Assembly (NCBI RefSeq): GCF_001194135.2
Contig: NC_068983.1
Span: 3,052,560 to 3,087,216 of the forward strand
Origin: Octopus bimaculoides
Lineage: Eukaryota
Direction of reading: 5' to 3'
Length of the DNA stretch: 34,657 nt
Both the position numbers and the translations under genes were made by a program. Each line of letters opens with the position of its first letter. Position 1 is the stretch's first letter. The notes under the pieces are model-generated. The model did no database searches, was not told the DNA's origin, and saw only the letters and a program-made list of their open reading frames with translations. Below are positions 11,543-22,863 of this stretch, one piece after another.

Positions 11543-11670
11543 NNNNNNNNNNNNNNNNNNNNNNNNNNNNNNNNNNNNNNNNNNNNNNNNNNNNNNNNNN
11601 NNNNNNNNNNNNNNNNNNNNNNNNNNNNNNNNNNNNNNNNNNNNNNNNNNNNNNNNNNNNNNNNNNNNNN
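11543..11670. other. Assembly gap with duplicated flanks (11458-11542 repeated from 11671)
   Basis: N run with identical sequence on both sides. Confidence 0.95.
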
Positions 11671-11709
11671 AACCATTACGCCTATACTCTCTTACACACA
11701 TACACACAC

Positions 11710-11760
<51 letters not shown>

Positions 11761-11835
11761 AAGCACACATGCACGCACGCACATAAACTCACGCATATTT
11801 ATATGCACATAAACATATACATATATATATATATG

Positions 11836-13610
11836 GGAGAATTTACGAAAAAAAAACAACAGACGAAGACAGGTAGTGTAAACAACAAATGGATGTATTA
11901 GTTTAACGCTCGGGAATAGAGAAAGTCTTTGACGTTTCGAGCCTACGCTCTTCAACTGAAAGGAACACAGAAAGAAATAAGGAGAGAAACAAGGAGAAAA
12001 AATATAAATGTAGTGGAGAGCGAGGACGGTGCCTTTATAAATTACATTAGATCTTCTACAATGGGTTTGTAGGGGGCAGATAGATCTAGGACGGCAGTTA
12101 CAACTGGTTGTATTTTAGAGATTATTTTCAGGAATGGAAGAGGTAATACTCTCAGAGGAGAGGTTAGAGATGGCGGTAGAAAGGTCTAAGTTATTAGTAT
12201 TATTATTACTATTATCGTTATTATGTTATTATTGCTATCGTTGTTGTTAATTATTCTATCAGTAACGGTGGTGGAAGTTGTGGTAGTATTCTGGATAGTG
12301 TTAGTAGGATAGGTTGGGTTATGGTGGTGGTCTAGCGTATGGGGTTCAATGCTGGAGCTGTGTACATGTTGGGCCCTCGTGTATTCAGAGTTGTTAGAGT
12401 GTGAGTTTTGACAGTGGAGAGAAAGCTTTTGTTTATTAGAGGCTGCTATGATAGACTCGAAGTTGAGTGGAGTGGAATAGGATAGGTTCAGGGTAGATCT
12501 ATCAAAGATAGATTAATATCTATGTTGACGAGGGAAGTTGGAGTCCAGTATATTAAAGAAGGATTTAGCTAAGCTCTTAACGTTTGTGAGAAGGGAGTGT
12601 ATACCATAGAATAGAGCGTCCTCCTCTTTTTGGGTGGGGGTGTTTAGTGTTAGTGCTATCTATATTTTTGGAAAATGGAGTGGGTAACATGCCCGTTGTT
12701 GTTAGCTGTTTTTGCTTTTGACCTAGTGATATATGTGTGCGTGTTGGGTCTAGGTTGTCTTAATGCGGGTTTTCACGGGGTTCTAGCATAGTTCATGTGT
12801 GGTCTGTTGTGATTCTGATTGTTGGTGTGGCGTTGCGATGTGATTTGAGATGCATGTTGCTTGAGCCTAGCATTAGGGATGTATTTTATTTGTTGGGAGA
12901 AGCCGCTGGCAGCGAGCGCTTGGTTGTACTATGGTGCGTGGTTATTGAATACTTCTTCAGTGGGAGAGAGGTCAGATATATGGATCGAGATACCCTTGAC
13001 TATGTTATCAAAAGTGATTTGTGGTGATTGGAATGAATGCTTAAGTATTTAAGGTATTGGCTAGGTTTGTGATAAGAGAAGTACTGGGAGGTTTCTAAGT
13101 TTAAAGCTACGTCTAAAAGTTAGTAGTTTTGCGGAAATTTTAGGCTAGAGAAAAATTTATGTAGATTTTTTCTAGCTCGTGCTAAAGAAGATTTTATTTT
13201 CGCTCTTAATAACTAGCAAGGCGTCATCTCAGTAGATCTCCCTTGAGGTTAGGGAAATGTATTTGGAGCTGGTGGAGTATGAATAGTCCAACGATGTCGG
13301 TGACCTGGGCGGAGTCGGATGATCTCATGGTAATGTCAAATAAATTGCTATGGTTATTGGTATTGTTATGGTGTTGGCCCGGCACCAAAGTTTATCCTCA
13401 CAAGAAATAAGGGTTTTATGGGCATTAAGGATTATGTTAATTTCTAGTTGGGGAAAGGTTAGTTAGATTCCTAGCTAGAAGAAGAGCTTGATTAAGAAGT
13501 CTGGGAGAAATAGAAGAGTAGTAATTATTCTATTTCTCCCAAACTTCTTAATCATGCTCTCTTTCTAGCTAGGAATCTAGCTAACCTTACCCCCCACTAG
13601 AAATTAACAT
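11836..13610 (-). mobile_element. Penelope-like element: RT C-half, start of GIY-YIG region, pLTR, inverted 5' end
   Basis: Minus strand: NLFDITMRSSDSAQVTDIVGLFILHQL, Y*DDALLVIK, NF(L)DVALNL, YHKPSQYLKYLSIHSNH, SIFDRSTLNLSYSTPLNFESIIAASNKQKL and CNCRPRSICPLQTHCRRSNVIYKGTV, all typical PLE motifs. Stops and frameshifts present. Confidence 0.9.
11927..11962 (-). ncRNA. Degenerate or variant hammerhead-like motif in the PLE terminal repeat
   Basis: CUUU-CAGUUGA-A-GAGC-guag-GCUC-GAAA-CG-UC/AAAG: stems I and II pair and stem III is palindromic (ACGU), but the core deviates from CUGANGA. Confidence 0.45.
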
Positions 13611-13614
13611 AGAC

Positions 13615-13673
<59 letters not shown>

Positions 13674-13800
13674 TGCATATATATACACTCAAAAGACACA
13701 CATACATACATACATACATACATACATACATACATACACACAAAAGACACACATACATTCATACATATGTATATACACACATGTATATCCATACATATAT
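13611..13800. repeat. (AGAT)n, (CATA)n and mixed microsatellites
   Basis: Directly visible. Confidence 0.95.
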
Positions 13801-14907
13801 GTATATATGCATCTAGAAGATTCTAGAGGGTCCTGCTTCAAATGTTATTCTAGAGAATACAGGAAAAACACGATGTCTGTTAAAGTCTTTCACATCTTGA
13901 AACTTCTCTCTGCAAATTCTTATATCAGAAATTTAGAGATCAGCGGGTCATGTTCATAATTATGTAACTATGGTCTGAAAAGGCTTCGATACTTAAAGAA
14001 CATTTCCCTTGGGATCTTTAATGAATGCCTAGTTGTGCGTCTTCCATCTGTACCAAACCAGTCATCTGGAAACAGTTAAAGACACGATGGAACCACAGTC
14101 TAAAATTCGCTGATACCAAAACGTAAAACAACATTGAACTCCAGGATATAAAGCAGAAACAACAAACAGTAAAAGTAAAAAAACAGTGAGCAGTGTAGGA
14201 AGCGCTGCAGTATGATCTTAATATGATTGTAATCAACGCAAAAAGCGACTATCTAAACACAGCGTTTGTTAATGATGTGAGCCGTGGTGGCTAAAACGAC
14301 CAAATATATGATAATTATTTGAATGTCTTGTTAGAGAGGACAGCAGGAATGTAAAATACAGACGCTATAGTCACATCGTATCGTGTGTGACAATTTACCT
14401 GGAAGGAATATGAATTACGAAGTAGTTGTAAATGGTCCTTTAATATTCAAGTGAGGCGAGATGAAATTTAAAATTGTAGAATGTAGGTAGGTTGTTCGAA
14501 AATGCAAAGTTTGGTTATTGAGAGAAATAGAGATTGTAATTTCGGTAAAGGTAACACAGTCTTTGTAAAATCATGGAAAAGGCATAGAACTCCGTGAGGT
14601 ATGAAGGTCTTGTGTGGAGGGGAACTGATACAAATGGAATGAACATCTTAATGGGGAAAATATCCTGAAGTTTTATTCAGATAAGAGAGAGGAATAAATT
14701 TTGGTAGATGAAATAATGGAGACATATCATTGTTGGCGTGTGGTTTAACGTGAGTTTTAATTTTATATCAATTAGCTAAATAAATAATCAAATAAATGCA
14801 GTGACTGTTATAAATGTTGTTGCAGTTGTTTATCGTTAGATCACCTCTTGCTACAAGTCATATTACCTTCTTCAAACTTTTTCCTTTACTGAAAACGCAC
14901 ACGCGCG

Positions 14908-14951
<44 letters not shown>

Positions 14952-15759
14952 TACACGTACATATATATGTGTGTGTATATTTTCAATATACTATGCAACC
15001 AGTTGTCAAAATGAAACCAACACACATGCTTTTCGCGACCCAGACAGGAAAAATGACACTTCACTATCAATACATATATGGACATTCAAATAAACAAAAA
15101 GTACTCCATTTAGTATTAATTGGAAAATATTGCTGTGCACAAAACCATACAAAGTGAACAGCAAACCCTTTTAACGCTGTACCAATGAATCCTACTACAT
15201 TACCATATTTAAGAGTCAAATTCTAAACTAAAACCCTGACTTAGTCTCTTCCTGAAAACACAAAATCTCCAACACATTAAAACTTTCCAAACCAATTTTT
15301 TCCTAACAGCTAAATATGAAAATGCCTCACCAACTTTCTTCACCGCAAACTATCCCCATAATCTGCATAATCACTAACATTACCGCTTTACCCTAAAGAA
15401 ATAAAATAGAGATTATCTAAAAATTCTCTGAATATCAACGAAAATACCCACAAAGCTTTTCCAATATAAGTCCATACATATAAGTACACACATCTATACA
15501 CTCACATACATGCACATACATGTGTGCAAGGATGTTGGAGGATTAACCTGGCTTAGACATTTGCGTGTATTTATTTTTATTTTTGCATATAAGCATATGC
15601 GCATATATTTATAATGCCCCACATTTGTATATATTTATAGGTTCAAGATAATGAAGCCGAATAGAAGAAATACTTATAAAAACATAGTCCACGACCTTTA
15701 ACTCCGCGAAACATGAAGGTTAAACTTTCCAAATAGCAATCAAGTAGCCTCAAGAAAAA

Positions 15760-16310
15760 ATTAACTCCAAGTGAGAAATCAGCTGACCAACTACAATTTA
15801 TGTCCATAAATATTCTTTTGTGAACCTTAAAGCACAAGATAAACAACTTTCTATGCTAAAAATTCTATGATCTAAAACTTATTGTTCTACATGATTAACT
15901 GAACTCTGAACCATAGCTTATACCTTCCCAAAACAAACAAGATAAATCTCTTAAATAACACCACCAACAAGGAAACAAATCTATTGACCAACTAAACCTC
16001 TTTACATTCTTTTGTGAATCTTTAAAAGATTCATGACCTAAAGCTGATGTACCTAAATACACTCACTTAATTACAAAGTTTCACATGCTGGAGCAATACC
16101 TTCCACATTTCCAAAACAAACATTGAAATCTTCCATTTGTGTTCAAATAAAATCAACAACGACGGAAGCTAATGAGACACCTGCTGACCAACTAACCTTT
16201 TCACCTACCTACATTTAGTTGTGAACCCATAAAAGTAATCCCCAGACCTGAAGCTGACACACCTATATAGACACGGTTGATTACAAAGATCTTCATGAAA
16301 GAACAATAAA
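15760..16310 (+). repeat. Decayed ~200-bp tandem repeat, about three units
   Basis: TGACCAACTA recurs at 15784, 15985 and 16185, each followed by TTGTGAA. Units 2 and 3 also share ACCTRAAGCTGA and ATTACAAAG. Confidence 0.7.
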
Positions 16311-16582
16311 ATAACTGTCAGTAAAGATCTTCCATAATATCTTTCCATCAGAACCTACCCTACATCCTAATTATTATTCAACAGAGTTCCAATTACTTCA
16401 GAAAAATTAAACTTACCAGTGACTATAGTAATTAATTACAAGGTTGTGTAGCTCGAAGTCTCTCTCATTGATAACACTTCCAGTCTAATCTAAACTGAGT
16501 TTACACAGAGTTAACGATAGTAGAAAAGACACCTTAAGAGGTCCTTGCTAATGTAATTGTTTTAATCCTCTGACGACTCTCA

Positions 16583-16873
16583 TCAAGCAGTCGTACGATG
16601 AAAGACATTCCAGCCGTAACCATCCTCATAGATTTATAAGTCACATAAAATATATGTATAGTACAGGAAACATAAATGACTTTTATGCATCGGTGTTGTT
16701 TTTATTACTGTTTCTGAGGTGTTTCGCCCTACGTCAGTACTATTCGTTCAGATCTATGATGACCAAAAGCATTTCACCTGCAACCATACCTTTTCAGCGT
16801 AGCCTTCTTTATTTAAGGTAGTCAAGTGTGATTTCAGACATATTTAGCTGCTGTTTCTAGGTCAAGTGACTGC
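16583..16873 (-). repeat. Two partial copies of an old dispersed repeat
   Basis: 16583-16625 resembles 16746-16790. Both resemble the reverse complement of 33231-33282, and 16820-16873 matches 4143-4195. Confidence 0.4.
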
Positions 16874-17524
16874 ATGGTACTCCCCTCTATGCGTAATACT
16901 GATCGGTGTGAGACGAGAGATGTATTTGCGTAATTTTACACATAGTCGCAATTACATAAACATTTCTGTGGGTGCATACACATATATACACGTGAACATT
17001 GCAAACAGGAGAAATATATAAAATATATACAAATAAACGTAAAAAATATGTATAATACTATACAAAAATAGTATAAACATACATATAAATATTTACACAG
17101 AGTACAAAAAATATGTATAATGATATACACAAAAATATAAAAATATACATAATGATATACACAAATGTTAATGTATATGAGTGTTAGGTGCGTTTGTGTG
17201 TATATGTATAACTGTGTATATGTGTATGTGCGTATATAACCCGATTTGAGTGAGCCTAGATTTTCTTTTTATAAGAGATAAGTGGAAAACTGTATACATA
17301 CACGCAACAAGTGCTTTTAATTAAAATTACCAAAGTCGGAATATGTCGTTTGGAAAAAGAATCAAGACAGAGAATCAAGCGATAAGACCAAAGTGTGTTT
17401 GTTAAGGATCTGAATGGAAGTTGTGTCTCGGTTTTGTGTTTAAACAGTTGACAATAATTAGGGAGAGAGACACATGGTTACTTCCTGCTTCTGTAATGGT
17501 ATTGTGTAGGGCGGCCATAACAGA

Positions 17525-17693
17525 CATACAGATAGAGATACACACAGATACACACACACACACACAGACACACAGACACTCACACACGTGGAGACATATA
17601 TACTCTAGTAGATGATTATATGTGTGTGTGTGTATGTGTGTGTGTGTGTGTGTGTGTGAAAGACAGACAGATAGATAAATAGATAGATAATTT

Positions 17694-17739
<46 letters not shown>

Positions 17740-17842
17740 CCTCTATATATACACATGCATATAAGAATTTGTGTGTATGTGTGTGTGTGTGTGTATGTAT
17801 TATGTATGTATGTATGTATGTATGTATGTATGTATGTATGCA
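17525..17842. repeat. Compound (CA)/(TG)/(AGAT)/(TATG) microsatellites
   Basis: Directly visible. Confidence 0.95.
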
Positions 17843-17846
17843 TAAA

Positions 17847-18031
17847 CAGTTGCTAACACTTTCAAAAAATATTTGGAAGCGGAAGCATTTCGGATTACGG
17901 ATTTTGTTCGGATTCCAAAATGATTTCATCCAGCTTGGGGATGAAACCTAAGTCCAAACACATGTCTACTGCGAAGATAGTTTTATATAAATTTGTCGCT
18001 TCTCCATTTTCGGACGACATGAAACAGAGTT
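17847..18031 (+). mobile_element. Tigger/pogo-family DNA transposon 5' relic (resembles MER46/Tigger4 as recalled)
   Basis: GAAGCATTTCGGATTACGGATTTTGTTCGGATT, CTTGGGGATGAAACCTAAGTCCAAACAC and CATGAAACAGAGTT are colinear with my recollection of the MER46C consensus. Not database-checked. Confidence 0.5.
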
Positions 18032-18157
18032 GCACTTTGGAAACGTTTCTCATCGAACTAAACTCGCCATTTAACCCTTTCGCATCAGCTTGTCAACCTC
18101 TTATAACTGATATATGCGCCTTTACCTTTTACACTTTAATCTTATGCCTATTTACAA

Positions 18158-18310
18158 TAGGCTCAGGCATGGTTGTGTGGTAACCTTGCTTCCAACCCAC
18201 AAGGAGTAGGCTTAAAAACAGTAAGTACTGGGATCGATTCTTCCGACCAAAATTTCCTCAACGCGGTGCCCCAGCATGATTGCAGTCTAATGACTAAGAA
18301 AAGTAAAAGG
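18158..18310 (+). mobile_element. SINE family B-related, head fused to tail by internal deletion
   Basis: AGGCTCAGGCATGGTTGTGTGGTAA (head) is joined to GAGTAGGCTT..GTACTGGGATCGATT..GCGGTGCCCCAGCATGATTGCAGTCTAATGACT (tail, inverse of 20623-20720). Confidence 0.7.
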
Positions 18311-18490
18311 TAGAAGGTAAAATGTAATATTATTTCTTTAAATAGAAGGGATTTAAAAGCACGGGGACGGATAATCAATCATTCTTTAAATAAAATTCGG
18401 ATGGCTTTTAAACTTTTTAAACCTGTTCAACACCAAAATGGAGGGGAAAAATGCATGAACGCGGGCTAAGATTACGCACCCTTCTCTTCC

Positions 18491-18586
18491 ATTGGTCAGT
18501 TGAAGTGTCACGTGACAATCAGCTGGTGCTGGCTGCTGGAGCCTATCAGCGAGTATTTAAAGGAAAATTTGGCAGGATGGTCAGTT
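18491..18586 (+). promoter_or_regulatory. Candidate Pol II core promoter (reverse CCAAT, GTCACGTGAC E-box, TATA-like, Inr)
   Basis: ATTGG at 18491, GTCACGTGAC at 18507-18516, CAGCTG at 18520, TATTTAAAG at 18554 and TCAGTT at 18581 (Inr A lies 29 nt after the TATA start). Confidence 0.45.
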
Positions 18587-20209
18587 GCCCGCTGACACTC
18601 GTTGACGCTGCATCGAAGAGGCCAGGGAACAGAAGAAAGAAGAAGAAATGCACTCAATACCAGAGCTGAAGACACTTCCGAAAGGCGTGGAGGCCGCTAC
18701 GTCGTAAACGGTAGAGGAGTAGGGGCCGAAGCCGGACGTTGTTCCTCCTGATGATGTCTTTAGCCACTAGATCCTATAAAGGAACTGTTGAGGTAGCAAA
18801 CCACGAAACGTGGTTGGAATTCCTCCAAAGAATGAAAAGAGAGACCATGTCCATGGCTCAAGCCAACATCGACAGCAACTCAGAAATTGGCAATATCTTA
18901 AACGTCGCTCCATTCCTTCGTGTCAGAGTCTAAGATGTGGTGACCTGACAAGTACATGCCACCTGTCCCACAAAAAAATGAAACAGTCATAGGTTTTTAT
19001 GACGGCCGAGTTGGTTCAACTGGTCCAGAAAATAATCAGCCACAGCCTCCGTGAGCGATGGAGGCCATCGCCCAAGCAACTCAAGAGACACCCAACAACA
19101 TCTGAGATTCTGAGATTAGAGTCCAACTAATTACGTTGAAGAGTAGAGGTGTCTGGACACCTTACGTAAAAGGGTAGAAGAGTCGAGTGTCTCACTTAGT
19201 AAGAGAATGCCTTACTGTTTTATGTATAAAACACTTTAGAAGAGAAAAGAGAAATGTTGTTAAACTAAGACAGGGAGAGGATCAAAACCGAGTGACCTTA
19301 CATAGAAGGAAGAAATGTATCTACCTTATAGAAAGAGTAAGGTAAGTGACGTTATTAAGACACAGAAATTAGAGGGTTGTTGCTTACGTCACAAACTGAA
19401 TTCTGGGAACCAAACTAACCTTAAATGACATTTATCTTCCAAAGTATGTCCCTGCCTGACACATCTGAACACTCCCTGTGTCACACAAACGATTATTTAT
19501 GATACAAATTTCATTAAGCGTTTTTTGCTGCTTTTGTTATTTATTTTTCTAGTTTTTGTTATTTCTCTTCGAAATTAGACATTCTTTTTGGGTGAGAGTC
19601 AGGACAAATGGTTCGTGTGGTCTCCTTTCATATGAAGCATGACCACGTCATATTTAGATAAGAACTGAACTTCAAATAAAAAGTATTTGTTTCTGTTATG
19701 TTTTGGAATGTTTTCCGAATTGAGGTGATGTCCTACGTCTGTGGTCGCCATCAACCACTGCTCCTTACGTTTTATGGTCGGCAGAACTACATCGAGAAGT
19801 AATCAAAGTGTTTAAATAATATCAATATTGGAAGTAAGGCATTACCAATTCCTACCATCTGCTTTTTACATTTTCTTTCTTTTCCAAAATGCTTCTTTTT
19901 CTGGTAACAGTTGTTTGTGATGTTGCTTTTAACAGGAAAAATAAAACAAGAAAACCACAAAACAGGCGAACATTGCAAATAAAGAAAATACAAATATAAA
20001 TGTATCTTTCCTTCCTTCTACCCCTTTCTCTGTCTAAATACATACACACACTCAAAACATGCACATATATATATGTGTGTGTGTGTGTATTTGATATTTG
20101 AGTGTACGTGCAAATATGTATGCGTGTATGCACGCGTGTGTGTGTGTGTGTGTGTACACAGTATGTTTGTTTTGTCTGTAACCTACCCAGCCCTTTTTCT
20201 CTGCTATAG

Positions 20210-20274
20210 TTTGCTAAGTCAGAAGGTGTTAAAACTGTCACAGACATTCGATTCAGCGTTATGGCGGTTACGAG
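20210..20274 (+). CDS. Candidate internal exon (unverified)
   Basis: Acceptor CCCTTTTTCTCTGCTATAG, two open frames (FAKSEGVKTVTDIRFSVMAVT or LLSQKVLKLSQTFDSALWRLR), weak donor AG/GTGTGA. Confidence 0.25.
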
Positions 20275-20399
20275 GTGTGAGATCAGACAAGAAAAACCTA
20301 TATTGCCAAACAAACAAATACGCGGAGTTTGTTCTTGTAACGATACACACACACACACACACGTAGTAGGGGTGTGGACTAGCAAACACAAACCTACCA

Positions 20400-20433
<34 letters not shown>

Positions 20434-20622
20434 CGAAAAACACACGCGACATATACGCATGCGTGAATAGTGTTCATAAACGGATAGTTCATAACTATTC
20501 GCGTGTTCACACATAAAGAAATTACCCCTATTCACTCTACCACCCATACTTTTTGTCTCTCGCTCTCTCCCTCTCTCCCTCTCTCCCTCTTTCACACATA
20601 CACACACATATATATTCTTTTA

Positions 20623-20805
20623 TTCTTTTACTTGTTTCAGGCATTTGACTGCGGCCATGCAGGAGCACCACCTTTAGTCGAACGAATCGACCCCAGGACT
20701 TATTCTTTGTAAGCCTGGTACTTATTCTATCGGTCTCTTTTGCCGAACATTTTAGTTGCGGGAACGTAAGCACACCAACTGTGGGGGGACAAGCACAGAC
20801 ACACA
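20623..20805 (-). mobile_element. SINE family B, 3' body and tail
   Basis: CTTTTACTTGTTTCAG..TTTGACTGCGGCCATGC.GGAGCACC..AATCGACCCCAGGACTTATTC. Related pieces at 9484 and 18200-18310. Confidence 0.85.
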
Positions 20806-21078
20806 AATATAGATAGATAGATAGATGCATATATCCATACATATATGTACATACCTACATCTATATGTATATATACATGCATATATGGGTACTGGACATC
20901 AAAAAAACGTTAAACACAATGAGAAACGAAAAACGAAAACATAAAAACGAAAACAGAAAACGAACTTTTTTCGAACAACCAAAAAAAACCCAAACAAACA
21001 GAGAAACGAGACATGCAACATGAAGAGTATAACCCTTCGTCAGTTGTCCCTGCCCATCGTATATTGTACACAATATGG

Positions 21079-21193
21079 TCTTTGGTCGGCCAGAGGTTAT
21101 AGAAAACACTTGCACAAGGTGCCACACAGTGGGACTGAACCCGGAACCACGTGGTTGAGAAGCAAGCTTCTTACCACACAACCACATCTGCTC
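21079..21193 (-). mobile_element. SINE family B, head
   Basis: Homologous to 6237-6345. B box GGTTCAGTCCC on the minus strand. Confidence 0.85.
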
Positions 21194-21333
21194 NNNNNNN
21201 NNNNNNNNNNNNNNNNNNNNNNNNNNNNNNNNNNNNNNNNNNNNNNNNNNNNNNNNNNNNNNNNNNNNNNNNNNNNNNNNNNNNNNNNNNNNNNNNNNNN
21301 NNNNNNNNNNNNNNNNNNNNNNNNNNNNNNNNN
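21194..21333. other. Assembly gap
   Basis: N run. Confidence 1.
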
Positions 21334-21372
21334 TATATATATATATATATATATATGTATATGTATAATATG

Positions 21373-21415
<43 letters not shown>

Positions 21416-21991
21416 GTATATTGCATTGGTTTTTATTTTAAATATTCAGTTTCTTTTACAAAATTGAAGCTAGTCAATAATATCGACGCAAAACTGTTTT
21501 GCTTAAATAGAAATACCTCTTGGTGTTTGAGATTACCACAGTTGGTTAATGTATGTGGCTGTATTGTGTGTATGTGTGTATAGGTATTCATATGTATATA
21601 TGTTTATTTGCATATGTTTGCCCTGAAATTCAAATAGAAGACCCTTGGGATGGTTTATGAATTCTCACTGTTCCTTTGATCGATCGTATTTGGGGATTGC
21701 GAATCAGTCTGTTTTGTTCGTTTTAGGAGAAGCCAAGCGTTTCTAGATTTTTATGTCGATCTGTTTTTACGGACCGCAGTGCACCTATGATAATAGAAAC
21801 AAATGAAGAACTGTAACCTGCAAATAAGAGCTGCAAGTTTCTTACCAGTTCTATGTAGATGTTCGGTTCTCTTCGTTTGAAGAGAAATTCACATCTGCTC
21901 GGTAACTACCTTATATTGTGGGTGAATATTCTATGTTATCGACTGGGGGACGAAATGGTGCACGTCTTTTCTGAGGAGTGAGTGTGTGTGT

Positions 21992-22030
<39 letters not shown>

Positions 22031-22509
22031 TTCGTGTGTGCGCGTGTGTGTGTTTACTTGTACGGGTGCGTGTGCTGGGGTGTGCACATGTGTGTGTTTG
22101 TGCATGCGGAGGATGCGGGGATGTGTGTATGTCTGAGTGACGACGAAGTGACCGAGAGAAGATCAAGCAAAATTTTCATTTAAATAACAGAAACAAAAAG
22201 AAATGAAGTAAAACCTTCAAAAGAAAGGCAAAATTGTTGAGAGAAGACAGTGTTGTGGGCATTAGAGCAACTGTACCGCCACAGAGGCTGTTTGTCCATG
22301 TCAACCTGTCCGTTTAGCGGTCTGTATGTTTATCGGTCTTTCTCTGACATTGCCGCCATTTTTAGAAGCGAGCTCTTGCTATTTTTTCTGTGTTGTGGCT
22401 GTTACTGTTGTTGCTGGTTGCGTTTGTTGTTGTTGTTGTGTTGTAGTGTTGGTTGAATTATTATTGTTAAATAGGTGTGAGAATGTGTGTGGGAGGGCGT
22501 TTTAAAGGA

Positions 22510-22828
22510 AATAACGACAATGCGAAGAAAGAAAAAAAAACAATAATCAGACAAGGACAACGTGGAGGAAATATAAGAAGAAAAAAGGAGAGCAAAGAAA
22601 AAGGAAAAGAAGGAATGAAGGGACACCAAGAAAAAAAAAGGAGATAGAGAATGAAAAAGGAAAACAAATGAAGGACTTTATGAAAGAAGGATAGAGAAGA
22701 AAGAATAAAAGTGAAATGAATAAATAACTGGACGAGAAATATGTAGTTAACAAAAGGAAAATACATAAGGACGAAAGACGTTTTAAAGATCTGTAAGACG
22801 GAGAAAAAGAGAGACAATGTAGAAAGAT

Positions 22829-22862
<34 letters not shown>
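22510..22862. repeat. Purine-rich low-complexity tract ending in (GA)n
   Basis: Directly visible. Confidence 0.85.

Positions 22863-22863
<1 letters not shown>

Noticed and set aside
11458-11755. Direct duplication around a gap
   Set aside because: Identical flanks on both sides of Ns indicate unmerged contig overlap at a (CA)n run.
16725-16745. Minus-strand CTGACGT-AGGGC-GAAAC
   Set aside because: The core is mismatched and there is no stem II.
18664-18815. CTGAAGA..GAAA and CTGATGA..GAAAC hammerhead-like pairs
   Set aside because: The intervening sequence cannot form stem II, and stems I and III are absent.
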